A DNA stretch of 63,853 nucleotides, filler included, from Licmophora abbreviata (Eukaryota), in assembly GCA_900291995.1 (NCBI GenBank). It is 14 parts of 14 records of this genome, joined end to end, with 100 filler letters (N's around TTAATTAATTAA, not from the genome) between each part and the next. Parts side by side here need not be neighbours in the genome. Positions count along the whole stretch, not along the records: positions 28,402 to 42,191 come from OLMU01001119.1; positions 42,292 to 45,837 come from OLMU01001120.1; positions 45,938 to 53,036 come from OLMU01001122.1; positions 53,137 to 56,639 come from OLMU01001123.1; 10 more parts are not named here. One strand, written 5' to 3'. Positions 42,092-53,571 of this stretch are shown here, piece after piece. Position 1 is the stretch's first letter, and each line of letters starts with the position of its first letter. The notes below the pieces were generated by a model, which worked only from the letters and a program-made list of their open reading frames with translations, was not told where the DNA came from and made no database searches. The position numbers and the translations under genes are program-made.

Positions 42092-42378
42092 TATAGACTG
42101 ACGACGGTCGCGGGCGGAGGGAGGGCCGCCCGCGATAACCCCTCGACTGGTCAAGGGGATGAGCAAGAAAGAGAACCGCGCAAACCGGGCGNNNNNNNNN
42201 NNNNNNNNNNNNNNNNNNNNNNNNNNNNNNNNNNNTTAATTAATTAANNNNNNNNNNNNNNNNNNNNNNNNNNNNNNNNNNNNNNNNNNNNAAAGAGAAC
42301 CGCGCAAACCGGGCGACGAAACGGCCCTCGGGCATCGCGCCGGCCGCTGCGCAAAATCGAAACCTATGGGAGGATCAC

Positions 42379-43353
42379 ATGAAAAAAACATTGCTTGCAA
42401 CGGCACTTGCTTCGCTGATGGCCGTACCGGCTGCGGCCGCGGACATGACATTGAAGTTCGGCCATGTCGGTGCGCCCGGCTCTTTGTTCGAAGCCACGGT
42501 AAACCATTACGCGGCCTGTGTTGGCGATAAATCCAGCGGCTCCGTAGAGGTTCAGACCTTCGGGTCGTCCCAGCTGGGCAAGGACAAGGAACTGCTTCAG
42601 AAGCTGAAGCTCGGTCAGGTCGATTTCGCGCTGCCGTCCTCGATCATGTCGTCGGTCAGCGACGTCTTCGGCATCTTTGAAATGCCCTATATCATCAAGG
42701 ACCGCGATCACATGCGGCGTGTCCAGGATGCCATGATGGACAAATTGCAGGGCGAGGCTCAGGCAAACGGCTACTACATCGTCGGTCTGGCAGAAAACGG
42801 CTTCCGCCACATCACCAACAACGTGCGCCCGATCAATGTTCCCGCCGATCTCGATGGGATCAAGCTGCGCACACCGAATGGAGCGTGGCGCGTGAAGATG
42901 TTCCAGCAGTATGGCGCAAACCCGACCCCGATGGCCTTCTCGGACGTGTTCACGGCGCTGCAGACGGGTGTGATCGACGGTCAGGAAAACCCCTATGCAC
43001 AGATCGCTTCGGCCAAGTTCCAGGAAGTGCAGAAATACCTGTCGATCACCGGTCACGTCTATACGCCGGCCTATATCCTGGCGTCCGACAAGACATTTTC
43101 GGGCTATTCGGATGAGGTGAAGCAGGTCCTGACGGATTGCGCCGCTGAGACCCAGACCTTCACCTATGAGAAGGCCGCTGCGCTTGAAACCGAACTTCTT
43201 CAGGTCATCAAGGATGCAGGCGTCGAGGTGAACGAAGCCGACAAGGATGCCTTCATCGAAGCTTCCCAGCCGATCTACGAGGGCTTCGCAGCAGAAGTCG
43301 AAGGCGCTCAGGAAATGATCGACCAGGTTCTTTCCCTCGGTCAGTCAAGCTGA
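42379..43353 (+). CDS. TRAP transporter substrate-binding protein (DctP family)
   Basis: Signal peptide; 'ENGFRHITN', 'GIKLRTP', 'ALQTGVIDGQENP'. Confidence 0.92.
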   Translation: MKKTLLATALASLMAVPAAAADMTLKFGHVGAPGSLFEATVNHYAACVGDKSSGSVEVQTFGSSQLGKDKELLQKLKLGQVDFALPSSIMSSVSDVFGIFEMPYIIKDRDHMRRVQDAMMDKLQGEAQANGYYIVGLAENGFRHITNNVRPINVPADLDGIKLRTPNGAWRVKMFQQYGANPTPMAFSDVFTALQTGVIDGQENPYAQIASAKFQEVQKYLSITGHVYTPAYILASDKTFSGYSDEVKQVLTDCAAETQTFTYEKAAALETELLQVIKDAGVEVNEADKDAFIEASQPIYEGFAAEVEGAQEMIDQVLSLGQSS

Positions 43354-43489
43354 TCCCTGAATAGATCGCCGGCGGCCTGAAAAGGCCGCCGGTACAGCCC
43401 TTACTCTCTCTCTGCCATTGTCCGACACGCATCTGCCCCTCACGGGGTGGGCTGGTTGAGGTCGGGACTTATGCGAAAAGAAAGCAAAC

Positions 43490-44041
43490 ATGACAGGTCT
43501 GAATCGCATCCACCAGTTTCTCAGCAGGATCCTGGAGGGCGTGACCATACTTCTGATGGTCATGCTCACAGTCATGGTCATCGTTGCGGTGATCGCACGC
43601 CTGATGGGACAAAGCTTTTCTTGGTATGACGAAGTTGCCGCGATCATGCTGGCATGGATCACCTATTACGGCTCGGCCCTTGCGGCATTGCATCGCCGCC
43701 ATATCGGATTCGACTCGGTTTTGCTGGCTTTGCCGTCGCAGTATCGCATGGGCGCGGTTCTGCTGGGCGAGTTGCTGGTCCTGACATTCTTTGTCCTGAT
43801 GGCGCGGGCCGGGTTCCAGGTCCTCGAGGTTCTGGCCGGAGACAGGCTCGTGTCGCTGACGTGGGTGCCCATCCAGTTCACCCAATCGGTCATCCCGATC
43901 GGGGCGATCCTGTTCATCATCTGTCAGATCATCAGCCTGCCCGATTACTGGATGAAGACCAAACGCGGTATCTCGCTTGAACACGCAGAGATCGAGGAAG
44001 AGGTCGAAACCGAACTTCAAAAGAACAAGGATCGCGCCTGA
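43490..44041 (+). CDS. TRAP small permease (DctQ family)
   Basis: Four TMs, 'WYDEVA', 'RRHIGFD'. Confidence 0.88.
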   Translation: MTGLNRIHQFLSRILEGVTILLMVMLTVMVIVAVIARLMGQSFSWYDEVAAIMLAWITYYGSALAALHRRHIGFDSVLLALPSQYRMGAVLLGELLVLTFFVLMARAGFQVLEVLAGDRLVSLTWVPIQFTQSVIPIGAILFIICQIISLPDYWMKTKRGISLEHAEIEEEVETELQKNKDRA

Positions 44042-45321
44042 TGCTTATGCTTGCCATTTTCCTGGCCCTTGTGGCGATGATCTGCATCAACGTGCCGATC
44101 GCCGTGGCACTGGCGCTTGCCGGTGTCCTTGGGTTGCTGGTGTCCGAAGGGCCTTCGAGCCTCGTGACCATCGCTCTCGACATGTATGACGGATCGACCA
44201 AGTTCTCGCTGATTGCGATCCCGATGTTCGTGCTGGCCGGTGCCATCATGAACGCAGGCGGCATCACCGACCGTCTCATCAACTTCGTATCGGCGCTGAT
44301 CGGGTTCATCCGTGGCGGTCTTGCGATGGTCAATATCGGTGTGTCGCTGTTCTTCGCCGAAATATCCGGCTCTGCTGTGGCCGATGTTGCCGCGATGGGC
44401 TCGATCCTGATCCCTCAGATGAAAAAGCGCGGCTATTCCAAGGAATTGTCGGCTGCGGTCACATCGTCATCGGCATCGCTTGCGATCATCATTCCACCGT
44501 CCATCCCGATGATCCTCTATGCGGCCTCGGCAAACACCTCGGTCGAGCAGCTGTTCGTGGCGGGCATTGTTCCGGGGCTTCTGGGCGCGGGTGGTCTGAT
44601 GCTCGTGGCCTATATCTTCGCGCGCCGCTACAACCTGCCCACCGAAGATGCGTTCAACATTCCCCGCCTTCGGGAAACCTTTGTCGATGCGCTGCCGGCC
44701 TTCACGCTGCCGGTCATCATCCTAGGCGGTATCTTCGGCGGTTTCGTGACTGCCACGGAAGCGGCGGGTCTTGCCGTTCTCGGTGCGATCGTCGTGTCGG
44801 GATGGTATAACCAGATCGATCTCAAGCACCTGCGTCGCGCCATGTTGGATGGTGGCATTCAAACCGCTGTCGTGATGCTTCTGGTGGCGGCGTCTGTCCT
44901 TATGGGCGGCTTCCTGACCCGGGCCCAGATTCCTCAGCAGCTGGCCGAAGGCATTCTGGCCATCACGTCCGAGCAGTGGATGATCCTGCTGATCCTGAAC
45001 TTCTTCTTCCTGATCATCGGGTTCTTCCTGCATTCGGCAGCTGCCATCATCCTGGTGGTTCCCATCGTCATTCCGCTGATTACCGCGGCAGGTATCGACC
45101 CCGTGCATTTCGGTCTGGTCGTGACCCTGAACCTGGCGATCGGACAGCAGACACCGCCCGTGGCATCGGTGCTGATCACTGCCTGCGCAGTGGCACGCGC
45201 CAACATCTGGGAGGTGTCCAAGGTCAACATCTGGTTCATTCTGGTTCTGCTGGCTGTCCTCATGCTGTGCACCTATGTGCCGTCGGTTCCTCTGTTCCTT
45301 GTCGAATATTTCTACAGGTAA
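44041..45321 (+). CDS. TRAP large permease (DctM family)
   Basis: 'AIPMFVLAG', 'ISGSAVAD', 'IIIPPSIPM', 'GIDPVHFG', 'TPPV'. Confidence 0.92.
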   Translation: MLMLAIFLALVAMICINVPIAVALALAGVLGLLVSEGPSSLVTIALDMYDGSTKFSLIAIPMFVLAGAIMNAGGITDRLINFVSALIGFIRGGLAMVNIGVSLFFAEISGSAVADVAAMGSILIPQMKKRGYSKELSAAVTSSSASLAIIIPPSIPMILYAASANTSVEQLFVAGIVPGLLGAGGLMLVAYIFARRYNLPTEDAFNIPRLRETFVDALPAFTLPVIILGGIFGGFVTATEAAGLAVLGAIVVSGWYNQIDLKHLRRAMLDGGIQTAVVMLLVAASVLMGGFLTRAQIPQQLAEGILAITSEQWMILLILNFFFLIIGFFLHSAAAIILVVPIVIPLITAAGIDPVHFGLVVTLNLAIGQQTPPVASVLITACAVARANIWEVSKVNIWFILVLLAVLMLCTYVPSVPLFLVEYFYR

Positions 45322-45330
45322 GGGATTGGC

Positions 45331-45837
45331 ATGACCGAACTGACCCATGAGATCCGCGGGCATACCCTGTGGATCTCCTTCAACCGACCCCAGGCGCGCA
45401 ACGCCCTGACCTTCGAGATGTATGAGGGGCTTGCCGAGCTGTGCCGGACTGTTCCGACAGATGGCAGCTTGCGGGCAGTGGTGCTGTCGGGTGCGGGTGG
45501 CAAAGCCTTTGCCGCCGGCACCGACATGACCCAGTTCCGTGCCTTCGACAAGGCGCAGGATGCCCTGGATTACGAGGCGCGGATCGATGCGGTGCTGGAT
45601 GCCGTGGAGCGCTGCCCTCTGCCCACGGTCGCTGCCATCAACGGGGCCTGCACAGGTGGCGGAGCGGCCATCGCCGCGGCCTGTGACCTGCGAATCGCGG
45701 CTTCGAACCTCAAGTTCGGATTCCCGATCGCACGCACGCTTGGCAACTGCCTCGCTGCGGCGAATCTGGCGCGGCTCTCGTCGTTGATGGGGGCGGGCCG
45801 CGTTCGCGAAATGATTTTTACGGCCCGTCTGATCGGG
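45331..45837 (+). CDS. Enoyl-CoA hydratase/isomerase, 3' end in gap
   Basis: 'NRPQARNAL', 'AFAAGTD', 'GACTGGG', 'FGFPIARTLGNCL'. Confidence 0.88.
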
Positions 45838-45937
45838 NNNNNNNNNNNNNNNNNNNNNNNNNNNNNNNNNNNNNNNNNNNNTTAATTAATTAANNNNNNN
45901 NNNNNNNNNNNNNNNNNNNNNNNNNNNNNNNNNNNNN

Positions 45938-46586
45938 CTATGCCCGTATGTTGCAGACCGGCCAAGGGCAAAAGGTCGACACGTCGCTGTTCGAGGCGGC
46001 GATCACCCAGACCTATTGGCAGTCCGCCATCGCCTTTGCCACTGGGGTAGCGCCCGGTCCGCTTGGGTCCGCCCATCCGCTCAACGCGCCTTACCAATCC
46101 TTCCGCACGGCGGATGGCTGGATCAACGTGGGTGCTGCCAATCAACGCAACTGGCTGCGCTTTCTCGAGGTGATCGGAGCGCCGGAATTGGGAGAAGACC
46201 CCAGATTTGCCAATAATCACGACCGTATGCAGCACCTTGCGGAGCTTGAGGGCATCCTGAACGAAAAGCTGGCCACCCAGACAACAGCCACCTGGCTTGA
46301 CCGGATGGAGCAAGCGGGGCTGCCTGCTGGTCCAGTGCTCGACATTCTGGAAATGCAGGCCGATCCGCAGGCTTTGGCGCGCGACATGATCGTAGAACTG
46401 GATCATCCGAGCGCGGGTCCGGTCAAAACACTCGGCCATCCGGTGAAATTCAGCGAAACAACGGCCTCGATCCGCAGTGCCGCACCTGTTCTGGGTCAGC
46501 ACAGCCGCGAGGTTTTGTCCGAAGCCGGCTATGACGGCGAGACCATCGACGCGATGATCTCAGCCGGCGCCGTGATCGCGCCCTAA
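45938..46586 (+). CDS. Family III CoA-transferase (CaiB/BaiF), 5' end in gap
   Basis: 'TGQGQKVDTSLFEA', 'APYQSFRTADGW', 'DPRFANN', 'APVLGQHSREVL'. Confidence 0.88.
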
Positions 46587-46591
46587 GTATC

Positions 46592-47353
46592 GTGACCAGC
46601 TCCGAGCCCTCGACTATAGAGCAGCTTGCCGCATTGTTGGGCATGGCACGGCGTGGTGGCCCCAAGGTCCCCTTGGCGGCGGGCAAGCGCCTTACGCGCG
46701 AGCAGGCCTTTGCCGTCCAGTCGCGTCTGGTCGCTGAGTTTGGGCCAGTGGGTGGGTTCAAAGTGGCCTGCCCGCTGGATGCCCCGATCGTGATTGCCCC
46801 GATTTTCGCAAAAGATATCGCGCAAGGCCCGGCCCGGTTTGCGGTCCCGCCCGGTGAAAGCGTGGGCATCGAGCTGGAATATGCCTATCGTCTGACGTCA
46901 CCACTGCCACCCGCGACAGCGCCGGATTTCAAGGACCATCTGCGGTCATCGGTCGAATTGCTTCCCGTGATCGAGCTTGTCCAGTCCCGGCTGGAAGACC
47001 CTGCAAGTGCGGATCCGATCTTGAAAATGGCGGATAATCAACTCAACGGCGCGCTTGTTCTTGGGGCGCCTTTTGCAGCGGGGGCACCTTTCGATACATC
47101 CCGCGCCAGCGGCCATTTGAAAGCCGGGGATGAGGTTCTTTTGGATGGCGTCGCGAAAGTTCCCGGCGGAGATGCGTTCGAGACGCTTTACAAACTTGCC
47201 CGTGCCATAGGGCAGCATTGCGGCGGCTTGCAGGTCGGACAGGTGGTCATCACAGGCTCTCTCAACGGCTTGCCGTGGATCCTGCCCGAAAAGCAGGTCC
47301 ATGGACACATTGACGGGCTAGGTGACGTCAGCCTGTCGTTGACCGCAGAATAA
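46592..47353 (+). CDS. 2-keto-4-pentenoate hydratase-like protein (FAH superfamily)
   Basis: 'GFKVA', 'IELEYA', 'IELVQSR', 'ADNQLNGALVLG', 'GQVVITGSL'. Confidence 0.75.
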   Translation: MTSSEPSTIEQLAALLGMARRGGPKVPLAAGKRLTREQAFAVQSRLVAEFGPVGGFKVACPLDAPIVIAPIFAKDIAQGPARFAVPPGESVGIELEYAYRLTSPLPPATAPDFKDHLRSSVELLPVIELVQSRLEDPASADPILKMADNQLNGALVLGAPFAAGAPFDTSRASGHLKAGDEVLLDGVAKVPGGDAFETLYKLARAIGQHCGGLQVGQVVITGSLNGLPWILPEKQVHGHIDGLGDVSLSLTAE

Positions 47354-47429
47354 CAGCCCCAGACCAGATAATCAGCCCTGCCAACACCCGATCACCGCGG
47401 GGAACCGCATGACGTATTTTTTGCGATAG

Positions 47430-47505
47430 TGGTGAGCCGTGCAGGATTCGAACCTGCGACCCACTGATTAAAAGTCAGTTGCTCTACCAACTGAGCTAAC
47501 GGCCC
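47430..47505 (-). tRNA. tRNA-Lys (anticodon TTT)
   Basis: GGGCCGTTAGCTCAGTTGGTAGAGCAACTGACTTTTAATCAGTGGGTCGCAGGTTCGAATCCTGCACGGCTCACCA, 76 nt. Confidence 0.97.
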
Positions 47506-47611
47506 ACTAGGCGGCCTATCTAGAAAGAGCAGAGCAGGGGGTCAACCCCGAAATTGCGCGATTTGGATGCGGGTGCTGGATTCGTTTCGGCGTCGGGTTT
47601 ATATGCCACGC

Positions 47612-48445
47612 ATGAGCATGCACAAAGACACCGGTTTGCCTTTCATGAAGATGCACGGGCTTGGCAACGATTTTGTCGTGCTGGATGCGCGTGCGCGCTC
47701 GCTCGAGGTCACGCCTGCCCTCGCGATTGCCCTTGCAGACAGGCATAAAGGCGTCGGATTCGACCAGCTTGCCGTCATCAGTCAGGGCCAGCGAGATGCG
47801 CATCTGACCTTTTATAACGCGGATGGGTCGACCTCGGCTGCCTGCGGGAATGCGACGCGCTGCATCGCGCGCTTTCTGATGGACGAATCAGGACAAGAGG
47901 AACTCCATCTGACCACCGATCGCGGAGATCTCTTTGCGCTGGATCGGGGAGAGGGTATGACTGCGGTCAATATGGGCCAGCCGCAATTGGAGTGGCAGGA
48001 CATTCCCCTTGCCGAAGCTATGGATACTGTCGAACTTCCGATCGAAGGAGGGCCATCGGCGACGGGGATGGGCAACCCGCATTGCACGTTTTTTGTCGAG
48101 GATGCCGAGGCGATTCCCCTTGAGCAGTTTGGCCCACGATATGAGCATCACCCGCTTTATCCTGAACGCACGAATGTGCAGGTCGTGAGCGTGATTGGCT
48201 CCGATCATTTGCGGATGCGGGTGTGGGAGCGGGGGGTTGGGCATACGCTTGCGTCGGGGTCGTCGTCCTGTGCGGCGGCGGTTGCGGCGGCCCGCAGGGG
48301 GCTCACAAACCGCAAGGTGCGGATCGATCTGGACGGTGGCACACTATATGTTGACTGGCGCGAGGACGGAGTCTGGATGACGGGGCCGACGGCGCATGTG
48401 TTCGACGGGGTTCTGACGCAAGAGTTTCTGGAGGGGCTGGGATGA
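47612..48445 (+). CDS. dapF: Diaminopimelate epimerase
   Basis: '[11 protein letters not shown]', 'ACGNATRC', 'GNPH', 'VWERGVG'. Confidence 0.95.
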   Translation: MSMHKDTGLPFMKMHGLGNDFVVLDARARSLEVTPALAIALADRHKGVGFDQLAVISQGQRDAHLTFYNADGSTSAACGNATRCIARFLMDESGQEELHLTTDRGDLFALDRGEGMTAVNMGQPQLEWQDIPLAEAMDTVELPIEGGPSATGMGNPHCTFFVEDAEAIPLEQFGPRYEHHPLYPERTNVQVVSVIGSDHLRMRVWERGVGHTLASGSSSCAAAVAAARRGLTNRKVRIDLDGGTLYVDWREDGVWMTGPTAHVFDGVLTQEFLEGLG

Positions 48446-49701
48446 CCGGCGCGCCGAAATTCACCACGCTTGGGTGCCGCCTGAATGCCTATGAAACCGA
48501 GGCGATGAAGGAACTGAGCCAGCAGGCGGGGCTGGAAAATGCTGTGATCATAAACACTTGCGCGGTCACGGCCGAGGCTGTGCGCAAGGCCCGGCAAGAG
48601 ATCCGAAGGCTGCGGCGGGAAAACCCGACCGCCCGGCTGATCGTCACCGGATGCGCGGCACAGACCGAGCCCGAAACCTTCACCGCCATGCCCGAAGTGG
48701 ACGCCGTCATCGGCAATACCGAGAAGATGCAGCCTGCGACATGGGCCGGGCTTGCCGCAGATTTCATAGGAGAAACAGAGGCTTGTCAGGTCGACGACAT
48801 CATGTCCGTCACCGAAACGGCCGGCCATCTGATCGACGGGTTCGGGACGCGGAGCCGGGCGTATGTGCAGGTGCAGAACGGGTGCGATCATCGGTGCACG
48901 TTTTGCATTATTCCGTTCGGGCGCGGGAATTCGCGGTCGGTGCCGGCGGGGGTTGTGGTGGATCAGATCAAGCGATTGGTCGACCGGGGCTTTAACGAAG
49001 TGGTGCTCACGGGCGTCGATTTGACCAGCTGGGGGGCCGATCTGCCCGCCGAACCAAGGCTTGGCGATCTGGTCATGCGCATCCTGAAACTGGTGCCCGA
49101 TCTTCCACGCCTGCGGATTTCCTCTATTGATTCCATAGAGGTAGATGACAACCTGATGATGGCGATCGCCACCGAGAAACGCCTCATGCCGCATCTGCAT
49201 CTGAGCTTGCAGCATGGGGATGACCTGATTCTCAAAAGAATGAAGAGACGCCACCTGCGAGGCGATGCGATCCGGTTCGTGGAGGAGGCGCGGGGGCTTC
49301 GGCCGGAGATGACATTCGGGGCGGATATCATCGCGGGCTTTCCGACCGAGACCGAGGCGGCTTTTGCCAACTCATTGAAATTAGTGGAAGAATGTGACCT
49401 GACATGGCTGCATGTCTTTCCCTATAGCACAAGGCCGGGCACGCCGGCGGCACGGATGCCGCAAGTGAACGGGCGCGACATCAAGGAGCGCGCGGCGCGG
49501 CTGAGGGCGGCGGGCGAGCGGCAGGTGACACGACATCTTGCAGAGCAGCAGGGGCGGACCCACCACATATTGATGGAAAGCGCGCGCATGGGCCGAACGG
49601 AACAGTTCACCGAAGTGACCTTCGACGCCGATCAGAGCGAGGGATGTATCGTGACCGCCACCATCGCGGGCACCCGCGGCCATCAGCTTGTCGCCGCCTG
49701 A
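48442..49701 (+). CDS. mtaB: tRNA ms2t6A methylthiotransferase
   Basis: '[10 protein letters not shown]', 'NTCAVT', radical [11 protein letters not shown]; follows dapF. Confidence 0.92.
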   Translation: MTGAPKFTTLGCRLNAYETEAMKELSQQAGLENAVIINTCAVTAEAVRKARQEIRRLRRENPTARLIVTGCAAQTEPETFTAMPEVDAVIGNTEKMQPATWAGLAADFIGETEACQVDDIMSVTETAGHLIDGFGTRSRAYVQVQNGCDHRCTFCIIPFGRGNSRSVPAGVVVDQIKRLVDRGFNEVVLTGVDLTSWGADLPAEPRLGDLVMRILKLVPDLPRLRISSIDSIEVDDNLMMAIATEKRLMPHLHLSLQHGDDLILKRMKRRHLRGDAIRFVEEARGLRPEMTFGADIIAGFPTETEAAFANSLKLVEECDLTWLHVFPYSTRPGTPAARMPQVNGRDIKERAARLRAAGERQVTRHLAEQQGRTHHILMESARMGRTEQFTEVTFDADQSEGCIVTATIAGTRGHQLVAA

Positions 49702-49706
49702 AGATC

Positions 49707-49782
49707 GTACGATCCGTACGAAACCTACACGCGTTTGGGACCAAACCACGAGGCAATCCCCGGATTTGTGTCCATCCCGTAC
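49707..49782 (+). repeat. 76-bp GTAC-bounded dispersed intergenic repeat, copy 2
   Basis: Inverted near-copy of 29858-29933. Confidence 0.85.
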
Positions 49783-49986
49783 ACAACAGCGTCAAAACGC
49801 GCACGCCAGCCCTCGGAAGGGCAGCCTGAAACAGGGCGCATCGAGAGGGCTGGCAAAGGCGGCGGAGCGCGTGCACCGATTGGACAGAGCACTGCATTTC
49901 GCGAAAATCTGGGATTCAGGTTTTTCGCGAAACGCTTTATGGTCGGTCATCGGATCGTGTGATCGTCCGACCCTCAGGAGGCTCCA

Positions 49987-50598
49987 ATGAAACTCATGTC
50001 GTCCCCGACCTCGCCTTTCGTGCGCAAGGTGCATGTGCTTCTGCACGAAACCGGACAGTACGAAGCGATCGACATCTACGCCAAACCGACCAGCCCCTTC
50101 GACACCGCCCCCGAAGTGGCGACAGCCAACCCGCTGGGAAAAATCCCGGCGCTGATCCGGGAGGACGGACCGACGCTTTATGACAGCCGGGTGATCTGCC
50201 GGTTTCTGGACGATCACGCCAAGGCGGGGCTTTATCCCGACGGGCGCATCTGGGAGACGCTGACGCTGGAGGCGACGGCGGACGGGATCATGGAGGCGGC
50301 GGTGCTGATGCTTTACGAGCACAAGTTGCGCCCGGCGGAAGCGGTGCTGGACAGCTGGGTGGATGCGCAATGGTCCAAGATCGAGCGCGCGGTCTCGGCG
50401 CTGAATGCGCGCTGGATGAGCCATTTGCGCGGACCGCTGGACATGGGCCAGATCGCGGTCGGCTGTGCCTTGGGATATCTGGATTTTCGCCATGACGCGC
50501 GCGGCTGGCGCAAGGGCAATGACGCGCTGGACGATTGGTACGCGGTCTTTTCGCAGCGCGAGAGCATGAAGATCACGGCACCGGCGGATCCTGTCTAA
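49987..50598 (+). CDS. Glutathione S-transferase
   Basis: 'SPFVRKV', 'NPLGKIPAL', 'LYDSRVICRFLD', 'CALGYLDFRH'. Confidence 0.92.
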   Translation: MKLMSSPTSPFVRKVHVLLHETGQYEAIDIYAKPTSPFDTAPEVATANPLGKIPALIREDGPTLYDSRVICRFLDDHAKAGLYPDGRIWETLTLEATADGIMEAAVLMLYEHKLRPAEAVLDSWVDAQWSKIERAVSALNARWMSHLRGPLDMGQIAVGCALGYLDFRHDARGWRKGNDALDDWYAVFSQRESMKITAPADPV

Positions 50599-50670
50599 CG
50601 CTGCTTGCACCAGCTTGCCGGGCGGACCGGTCTTGGAAAAGACCGGTCCGGTCTGTCAGATTCTAGCCTG

Positions 50671-51354
50671 TCAGAAATTGTAGCTGATACCGAAATTCAC
50701 CGCATGGGTGACAAGCTCGACACTGGCCTTGCCGGCGAGCTGTCCGGGCGCCGGGTCGATGGTGATGTCGTTGTCGGACCATGTGACCTGGTATTCGCCG
50801 AACAGCGCCCAGTTCTCGTTGAGCTCGTATTTCAGACCCGCCAGACCGCGCAGCGCGAGGCCGGTGGTTTCATAGCCGAAGGTGCGCACCGGCGAGCCGA
50901 TGACCTGCGCATCCACATGCGGGATCGCCACACCGACACCGCCGCCCACGTAAGGCGTGAAGCGCGGGGTCTTGGCGAAGGCGCCGGGCCAGCGCTTCAT
51001 CACGTTGGCGGTGATGATGTTGTGACCGTCGGACAATTCGAACCGGCTGAGACCCAGGGCGGCAAGATCGCCGGACGAGGCATAGGCCTTGGCATGGGTG
51101 CCTTCGAGGCCGAAGCCGATATTGTTGTCCATCCACCAGATGGCGCGGCCGCCATAGTAGAAGGGGTTGTCCAGGGGCTTGCCGGCCCAGTCGACGGACT
51201 GGCTGATCGGGGCGCCGCCGGGCAGCGTGCCACTGAGGGTGCTGTTGTCGACGCTTTGAATGCCCACATAGAGGCTGAGTTCCATTTCGGCGGCAGCGGG
51301 CGTGGCCAACGCTGCGGCGGCGACCAGGCCCAATGAGGCGAGACTGTTTTTCAT
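50671..51354 (-). CDS. Outer-membrane beta-barrel protein, lipid A oxidase (LpxQ)-like
   Basis: Signal peptide; 'PFYYGGRAIWW', 'THAKAYA', 'DGHNIITAN', 'TPYVGGGVGVAIPHVD'; C-terminal Phe. Confidence 0.75.
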   Translation of the reverse strand: MKNSLASLGLVAAAALATPAAAEMELSLYVGIQSVDNSTLSGTLPGGAPISQSVDWAGKPLDNPFYYGGRAIWWMDNNIGFGLEGTHAKAYASSGDLAALGLSRFELSDGHNIITANVMKRWPGAFAKTPRFTPYVGGGVGVAIPHVDAQVIGSPVRTFGYETTGLALRGLAGLKYELNENWALFGEYQVTWSDNDITIDPAPGQLAGKASVELVTHAVNFGISYNF

Positions 51355-51580
51355 GCTGAAGTCTTTCAAATCCGCAATATATGCCAGAAGGTCCTAAACC
51401 TTTAATGGCAAGGTCTCAAGCGCGACACTTCCGCGCCCCGTTCAAATCGGCGGCATTGCGCACTGGACGACCCCTGCACACCCGGCTAAATAGCGTTTCA
51501 AACATGCCCCGGAACTCCGGCCGTGGATTCCGTGGATCGGGTCGGGGCACGTGATCGGCTTTGAAAATGGAGTAGACCCT

Positions 51581-52159
51581 GTGTCCCACGTAGAAGACCA
51601 CGAAGGCACCCGCAGAGACTTCCTCTACTACGCTACCGCAGGCGCGGGGGCAGTGACCGCCGGGGCCGCGATCTGGCCCCTGGTCGACCAGATGAATCCC
51701 TCGGCGGATGTGCAGGCCCTGAGCTCGATCCAGGTGGATATCTCGGGTATTGCGGAAGGTTCGCAAATCACCGTCAAATGGCTTGGCAAACCGGTGTTCA
51801 TCCGCCGCCGCACTCCGGCGGAAATCGAGGATGCGCGCTCGGTCGATGTGGCTGACCTGCCTGACGGGATCGCGCGCAACAACAACATCAGCGGCGACGT
51901 GCCGGCGACGGACGAGAACCGCGCGATGGATGAAAGCGGTGAATGGCTGGTGCAGATGGGTGTGTGCACGCATCTGGGCTGCGTGCCGATGGGCAATGCC
52001 GGTGACTTTGCGCTGGAAGGTGGCGTCGGCGGATGGTTCTGCCCCTGCCACGGCTCGCATTACGATACATCGGGCCGTATTCGCAAAGGCCCGGCGCCGG
52101 AAAACCTTCCGGTGCCCGTCGCAGAATTCGTCGACGAGTCGACGATCAAACTGGGATAA
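51581..52159 (+). CDS. petA: Cytochrome bc1 Rieske Fe-S subunit
   Basis: Tat signal TRRDFL; CTHLGC and CPCHGS. Confidence 0.97.
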   Translation: MSHVEDHEGTRRDFLYYATAGAGAVTAGAAIWPLVDQMNPSADVQALSSIQVDISGIAEGSQITVKWLGKPVFIRRRTPAEIEDARSVDVADLPDGIARNNNISGDVPATDENRAMDESGEWLVQMGVCTHLGCVPMGNAGDFALEGGVGGWFCPCHGSHYDTSGRIRKGPAPENLPVPVAEFVDESTIKLG

Positions 52160-52171
52160 GGAAACGCGCTC

Positions 52172-53555
52172 ATGTCCGGAATTCCGCACGATCATTACGA
52201 ACCGCAATCAAATGGTGCCAAGTGGCTGCATCGGCGTCTGCCGATTGTCGGCCTGATGTATGACACCCTGATGCTGCCGACCCCCAAGAACCTCAACTGG
52301 ATGTGGATCTGGGGTATCGTCCTGACCTTCTGCCTGGTGCTGCAGATCGTGACCGGCATCGTGCTGGTGATGCATTACACGCCGCATGTCGACATGGCCT
52401 TTGCGTCGGTCGAACACATCATGCGCAACGTGAATGGCGGCCATATGATCCGCTATCTGCATATGAATGGCGCATCGCTGTTCTTCCTGGCGGTCTATCT
52501 GCATATCTTCCGCGGGCTTTACTACGGCTCGTACAAGGCGCCGCGCGAGGTGACGTGGATCATCGGCATGCTGATCTACCTGCTGATGATGGGCACGGCT
52601 TTCATGGGCTACGTTCTGCCCTGGGGTCAGATGTCGTTCTGGGGCGCCACGGTGATTACCGGCCTCTTCGGCGCGATCCCGTTCATCGGTGAGCCGATCC
52701 AGACCTGGCTTCTGGGCGGACCGGCGGTGGACAATGCGACGCTGACGCGCTTCTTCTCGCTGCATTACCTGCTGCCCTTCGTGATCGCGGCGCTGGTCGC
52801 GGTGCATATCTGGGCCTTCCACACCACGGGCAACAACAACCCGACCGGTGTCGAGGTGCGGCGCGGATCGAAGGCCGAGGCCGAGAAGGACACGGTGCCG
52901 TTCTGGCCCTATTTCGTGATCAAGGACCTGTTCGCACTGGCCCTGATCATGGTGGTCTTCTTCGCCGTCGTCGGCTTCATGCCCAACTATCTCGGCCACC
53001 CCGACAACTATGTCGAGGCCAACCCGCTGGTCACCCNNNNNNNNNNNNNNNNNNNNNNNNNNNNNNNNNNNNNNNNNNNNTTAATTAATTAANNNNNNNN
53101 NNNNNNNNNNNNNNNNNNNNNNNNNNNNNNNNNNNNACACGGTGTGGATCGTGCAGCTGGCGGGCTTCCTGACTGGTGGCATCATCGACGCGAAGTTCTT
53201 CGGTGTTTTGGCGATGTTCGGTGCGATCGTGGTGATGGCGCTGGCGCCGTGGCTCGATACGTCGAGCGTGCGGTCGGGCCGGTATCGTCCGATGTTCAAG
53301 TGGTGGTTCGGGCTGCTGATCGTCGACTTCATGGTGCTGATGTGGGTCGGTGCGATGCCCGCGGAAGGCATCTATCCGGTGATCGCGCTGATCGGTTCGG
53401 CCTATTGGTTCGCCTACTTCCTGATCATCCTGCCGCTGTTGGGCGTGATCGAGAAGCCGCTGGCGCAGCCTGACACGATCGAGGCCGATTTCGACGCCCA
53501 TTACCCCAAGAAAGCGGGCGATGCAGGCCAAGCTGCCGCTGCGCCGGCTGAATAA
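52172..53555 (+). CDS. petB: Cytochrome b, split by gap 53037-53136
   Basis: 'MHYTPH', '[18 protein letters not shown]', 'FFSLHY'; C-terminal part '[16 protein letters not shown]'. Confidence 0.97.
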
Positions 53556-53571
53556 GAAAGGATACGGGATC

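Noticed and set aside
33465..47430. tup plus catabolic genes as a genomic island integrated at tRNA-Lys
   Set aside because: No integrase and no duplicated tRNA 3' end seen; insufficient support.
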